From an uncultured Desulfobacteraceae bacterium (GTDB lineage: Bacteria > Desulfobacterota > DSM-4660 > Desulfatiglandales > B25-G16), in the NCBI GenBank assembly GCA_964655655.1, contig CAZZPR010000001.1, positions 2,633-66,632 of the forward strand: a stretch of DNA of 64,000 nt, read 5' to 3'. Position 1 is the first letter of the stretch. Every line of letters starts with the position of its first letter. The position numbers and the translations under genes are program-made. Shown here piece after piece: positions 62,102-64,000 of this stretch. The notes beneath the pieces were generated by a model. That model did not search any database, was not told the DNA's origin, and saw only the letters and a program-made list of their open reading frames with translations.

Positions 62102-63739
62102 ATGCGCTCAGATATTTTAAAAAAGGATATAGAAACCCTGCCGCACAGGGCATTGTTGATGTCCTCGGGCCTAAAAGAGGAGGACTTCGCTCCGGATAAG
62201 CCTTTCATAGGTGTAGCAAATAGCTTTAACGACATAATCCCCGGGCACATTCATCTTAATGATCTGACCCAGGAGGTAAAACGTGGCATCAGGGATGCAG
62301 GAGGAGTACCTTTAGAATGGGGGGTACCCGGTGTGTGCGACGGGGTGGCAATGTTTGTGGAGATGAGATTGAGCCTTCCCAGCAGGGAGCACATTGCAGA
62401 CAACATTGAAATAATGGTGCTCTCCCATTCCCTGGATGGTTGGGTCGGGGTAACCGACTGCGACAAAATAACCCCCGGAATGTTAATGGCTGCAGCACGC
62501 CTGAATTTACCCTCGATACTGATAACCGGAGGCCCGATGAAGGCCAATATCATAGAGGGGAAAAAGCACCATCCCATTGAGGGGTTTGGTATTGTTGGGC
62601 AGGTAAAAGGGGGTAAAATAAATGAGGAAGAGGCCAAAAAGATGTTGCCGATGCTGGCTTGCGGTGCAGGTTCTTGCGTGGGGCTTTATACCGCAAATAC
62701 CATGGCGGTGGTTACAGAGGTGATGGGCATGTCTTTAACAAGATGTGCTACCACTCTGGCGGTCGATCCCTTAAAAAGAATCCAGGCATATGAGACCGGT
62801 AAAAGGATTGTGGAACTGGTAAAAAGGGATCTCAAGCCAAGGGATGTAATGACTGAAGACGCCTTTGAGAATGCCATAAGGGTGGATATGGCCATGGGTG
62901 GTTCGACCAATACGGTTTTGCATATACCCGCGATAGGAAAAGAAGCCGGTATTGACATTGACATAGAAGATTTTGACAGGATATCAAGAGAGACCCCGAA
63001 TCTATGTTCCATTATACCTGCCGGGGAGTATGAAATGGCGGATATAGACAAGGCAGGGGGCATACCGGCAGTACTTTCCAGATTAGCTGACATGATAAAG
63101 GATTCAAAGACCGTAAACCGAAAATCGATACTTGACATAGCCAAGGCAGGTCGGGTGCTGGATGAGGATGCAATCAGGGAACTGAATAATCCTTATTCCC
63201 CTGAAGGCGGTATCGCTGTGCTAAAGGGCAACATTGCAAACACCGCTATAATAAAACAAACCGCTGTGGAAAGAGAGATGATGGTCCATTCGGGGCCTGC
63301 AAGGGTATTCTATACAGAAAGGGAATTGTTGGAGGCAATCGAGAAAAAGGAGGTGTCAGAGGGTGAAGTAGTGGTTTTGCCGTTTCAGGGACCTGCGGGA
63401 GCTCCAGGAATGCCGGAAATGTTGACACCTACCGATGCTATTAGGGGAGCCGGATATAAAAAGGTGGCACTTATAACGGATGGTAGGTTCTCCGGGGGTA
63501 CCTCCGGGCCCTGCATAGGGCATGTAGAGATGGAGGCCTATAACAAAGGTGCTATTGGTGCAATAAAAGACGGTGATATTATAGAGATAGACATCTCCAA
63601 GAGAAGTCTTAATGTTAGATTGAGCGATAATCAAATCAAAAAGAGATTGAAAGATCAAAGCATTCCGGAAAGAACTCTTACCCCTTTATTGAAATCGTAC
63701 AGAAATAAGTTCACCGGTGTTAATTGTTATGGGAAGTAG
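62102..63739 (+). CDS. ilvD: Dihydroxy-acid dehydratase
   Basis: 545 aa. Motifs are CDKITPGMLMAAARLN, GACGGMYTANTM-like (GAGSCVGLYTANTM) and TDGRFSGGTSG. Confidence 0.95.
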   Translation: MRSDILKKDIETLPHRALLMSSGLKEEDFAPDKPFIGVANSFNDIIPGHIHLNDLTQEVKRGIRDAGGVPLEWGVPGVCDGVAMFVEMRLSLPSREHIADNIEIMVLSHSLDGWVGVTDCDKITPGMLMAAARLNLPSILITGGPMKANIIEGKKHHPIEGFGIVGQVKGGKINEEEAKKMLPMLACGAGSCVGLYTANTMAVVTEVMGMSLTRCATTLAVDPLKRIQAYETGKRIVELVKRDLKPRDVMTEDAFENAIRVDMAMGGSTNTVLHIPAIGKEAGIDIDIEDFDRISRETPNLCSIIPAGEYEMADIDKAGGIPAVLSRLADMIKDSKTVNRKSILDIAKAGRVLDEDAIRELNNPYSPEGGIAVLKGNIANTAIIKQTAVEREMMVHSGPARVFYTERELLEAIEKKEVSEGEVVVLPFQGPAGAPGMPEMLTPTDAIRGAGYKKVALITDGRFSGGTSGPCIGHVEMEAYNKGAIGAIKDGDIIEIDISKRSLNVRLSDNQIKKRLKDQSIPERTLTPLLKSYRNKFTGVNCYGK

Positions 63740-63805
63740 CACTGATATTCCTGTGCCTTATTTTGCCGGATTTAAGCGGTTCCATTGAATGTATTGATAG
63801 AGATA

Positions 63806-63997
63806 TTATTTTTTTTGCGAGGATTTGGGTCTTTCTTCAGGGCCCTTGTGCTCGAATAGGAGACAATCCATTTTGGAGCTTGCGTAAACCACCGTAGAGG
63901 GGAATTCAAGACTTTTGAAGTTCATGGCCCGGCACCCATGGGGAAAATATTTATCCCAAGTTACATAGTAATGCACACATTTATGGCAATCAATCAT
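63806..63997 (-). CDS. Small Cys/His-rich hypothetical protein
   Basis: 63 aa: MIDCHKCVHYYVTWDKYFPHGCRAMNFK... It is complete in the window. No function recognised. Confidence 0.45.
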   Translation of the reverse strand: MIDCHKCVHYYVTWDKYFPHGCRAMNFKSLEFPSTVVYASSKMDCLLFEHKGPEERPKSSQKK

Positions 63998-64000
63998 GTC

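Overview
This is a 64-kb bacterial chromosomal window. Gene content suggests a flagellated deltaproteobacterium-like (Desulfobacterota-type) organism, but that is inference only.

The backbone is ordinary and syntenic:
- a B12/radical-SAM enzyme and a multi-PAS hybrid histidine kinase;
- a flagellar rod/ring/hook-associated block, flgF-flgG-flgA-flgH-flgI-flgJ(rod-binding)-flgN-flgK-flgL-csrA-fliW, with a sigma54-type promoter in front and a sigma28-like promoter inside;
- CBS and Usp proteins, and a PP2C-FHA-FecR/LysM operon;
- argJ, secA, pgsA, folK, and a lysine block (aminotransferase-dapB-dapF-lysA);
- dnaX, tadA, kdsB, rnhA, ogt, a fabD-like gene, queD and ilvD;
- eight tRNA genes.

The accessory content is concentrated in two places.
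1. 42399-51002 is an intact 8.6-kb integrative element in tRNA-Phe, bounded by a perfect 46-bp direct repeat. It carries a tyrosine integrase, an Xis-like HTH protein, an XRE repressor, a primase-polymerase/helicase with an adjacent iteron array, and an ERCC4 nuclease. It also has an operon of unknown ORFs that includes a stand-alone Spo11/TopoVI-A-like (CAP+Toprim) protein.
2. 1-3891, next to tRNA-Ala, holds decayed relatives of that element. These include a replicase C-terminal pseudogene, a different iteron set, a conserved G-tract block, a 47-bp segment identical to the intact replicase gene, a C10/G10 perfect palindrome, a second integrase, and a roughly 1.1-kb ORF-poor, hairpin-dense region.

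Two further items stand out. A palindromic MITE-like repeat occurs in two full copies, both flanked by TTAAA, plus one solo end. A three-gene secreted/lipoprotein cluster (51204-56732) has CsgG-like domains in all three products and sits just beyond the island.

All functional calls come from reading the translated ORFs and motifs by eye. No database search was run.
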